Assembly (NCBI RefSeq): GCF_009914755.1
Contig: NC_060934.1
Reading direction: 5' to 3' (one strand)
Source of the DNA: the human T2T-CHM13v2.0 reference genome, Homo sapiens
DNA: 64,000 nt
The stretch's first letter is position 1. Each line of letters starts with the position of its first letter. This document shows positions 61,151 to 64,000 of this stretch, in pieces. The notes under the pieces were generated by a model that was given only the letters and a program-made list of their open reading frames with translations, searched no databases and had not been told where the DNA came from. A program made the translations under genes and the position numbers.

Positions 61151-61451
61151 TCATGTAAAAGGGAGATTGTCCTTACCCTTCAAGCATTAGAGATAATGAA
61201 TTTAAATATCTATCACAGTATCTCGCACATAATATAGACTAGCTTAGCCTCCTTAGCCTAAAATCATGTCACTTGCTAAAAGTAGTACAATGATTCAGAG
61301 TTGTTTCCTACATAATTTTAATATGGAGAAATGATTGAACATTGGCAAACTTGTTAACCTCCTAAAACAATTTTGGAAAAAGAAAATTTTTAGAACTTTT
61401 ATGCATGAGAGAAAAAATGACCATTTTATAGTAATTTCTACAAATAATTAT

Positions 61452-62350
61452 TGTTGGCTTAAAGAAAGAAACTGAGTCAAAATTAATATAGGCAAAAAGT
61501 TTACCTGGGCCATATTTGAGGACTGCAACCCAGGAGACACAGATTGAAGTTGCCCTGAAGGTATACCCTGATTAGCAGCAGTTACAAGTGGGTTTTTAAA
61601 GGAAAAAAAAGTGTGTATGGTGGGGGTGGGGGAAAGGGGGGGGCAGTAGTTCTTACATTGGTTCATTGGTTCATTAACCATAATAAGCTATTGATGGGCT
61701 ATACATCGTTCTTCCTATTACAAATTCCAGTAACGTGAAGATAACAGGTAAGGGTTACATTGTGTAACTTGTGATAACATTTTAGGTAATTTATTAGCTA
61801 GTCTGGAAATTACAGGAAAGGAAAGGAGAAACAAAGTGCCCTTAAAAAATTGCCCCCAGGCATGAGTGGGTGGGTCTATTAGTCTGTTTCCATATTGCTA
61901 TAAAGTACTGCACAAGACTGGGTAATTCATAAAGGAAAGGCTCAATTGACTCACAGTTCAGCACCGCTGAGGAGGCCTCAGGAAACTTAAACTCATGGCA
62001 GAAGGTGAAGGGGAAGCAAGGCACCTTCTTCACGGGGCAGCAGGAAGGAGAAGTGCCAAGCAAAGGGGGAAGAGCCCCTTACAAAACCATCAGCTCTCCT
62101 GAGAACTCACTATCGTGAGAACAGCATTGGGGAAATGACCCCCATGATTCAATTACCTCCACCTGGTCTCTCCCTTGACTTAATGGGGATTATGGGGTTT
62201 ACAATTCAAGATGAGATTCGAGTGGGGACACAAAGCCTGACCATATCAGTGGGTAAGGGTGTGATTGAAGTCTCTTATTCCTGTCTCTCGCCTGATTAAT
62301 TCTGCATACCTCACATAGCTCAGACTGCTCTGAGTTACTTTTCTTTCACA
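61452..62350. mobile_element. ERV1/MER4-group LTR interrupted by a THE1/MST LTR
   Basis: tgttgg...gaggactgcaacccaggagacacaga ... ctcagactgctctgagttactt..ttcaca. Subfamily not determined. Confidence 0.6.
61875..62248 (-). mobile_element. THE1/MST MaLR solo LTR
   Basis: tctattagtctgttt...ccatatca with a perfect TSD GTGGG (61870-61874 and 62249-62253). Confidence 0.9.
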
Positions 62351-62893
62351 TTATCGAGCACCTACTGTTTGCCAGACTGTAGGTAACAAGACGGAAACAA
62401 TTTCTGCCCTCATGGAGTTCATCAATACACATACACACATCCCTCTTAGTAGGAGAAAAGGCTAGTGTTAGAGACAAATAAAAAGGTCCTTATTAATTAA
62501 TATGATTAGAGCTATGAGGTGAGAGAGTGAAGTACAAAAGCTATATAAGTACAAGGGGCATAAATCTAGAACCACCCATGTCAGGGCAATAAGAATTAAA
62601 AAATGAGTTATGTTTTTGAAGGGAAATGGAGGCAGCAAGTTTCAAGGCTTGGAGACCAGTTCAGAGAAATACACCTTGCCCTTTCCACCAAGATGGATGT
62701 GATTGGTTCCACCACTTGTTATGTCTGCAGTGTGCCTTCCGGTAGAATAATATCATTAATAGTTTTTTTTCTCTTGACTTTTAATATGCAAGATGAAATC
62801 TAGTTGTCACTCCTGACTCAATGTCAGGATTAAGTAGTTAGAAGAGGCAGCTCACATTGCCTTGGCCAAGACTTAAAAGGTCTTGTATTCAAA

Positions 62894-63999
<1,106 letters not shown>

Positions 64000-64000
64000 C

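Overview
Hominoid genomic DNA, very probably human (SVA and an AluYa5-type element present), covering the head-to-head IPMK / CISD1 locus. IPMK (inositol polyphosphate multikinase) runs on the minus strand: coding exon 1 is at 35530-35719, exon 2 at 5837-5922, and the rest lies beyond the left edge. CISD1 (mitoNEET, 108 aa) is complete on the plus strand in three coding exons (37383-37413, 45225-45430, 55669-55758). The two start codons are about 1.66 kb apart across a CpG-rich divergent promoter. Most other sequence is transposon-derived: L1PA and older L1M fragments, a TSD-flanked SVA, many Alus, MST/THE1/MLT/MER11/MER4-type LTRs, Tigger-type DNA elements and a U13 snoRNA retrocopy. Almost all ORF-track entries are repeat-derived or spurious. 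I see no new gene system. The strongest observations are: an L1 insertion whose TSDs also enclose about 400 bp of extra DNA ending in a perfect 15-bp hairpin (probable 3' transduction); an SVA/Alu/L1 pile-up in one small target; direct L1 repeats bracketing IPMK exon 2; an in-frame tandem splice donor at IPMK exon 2; a strong-Kozak uORF upstream of IPMK; and a 21-bp GC-box tandem repeat in the shared promoter. Repeat subfamily names come from my recall of consensus sequences and need RepeatMasker/Dfam confirmation.
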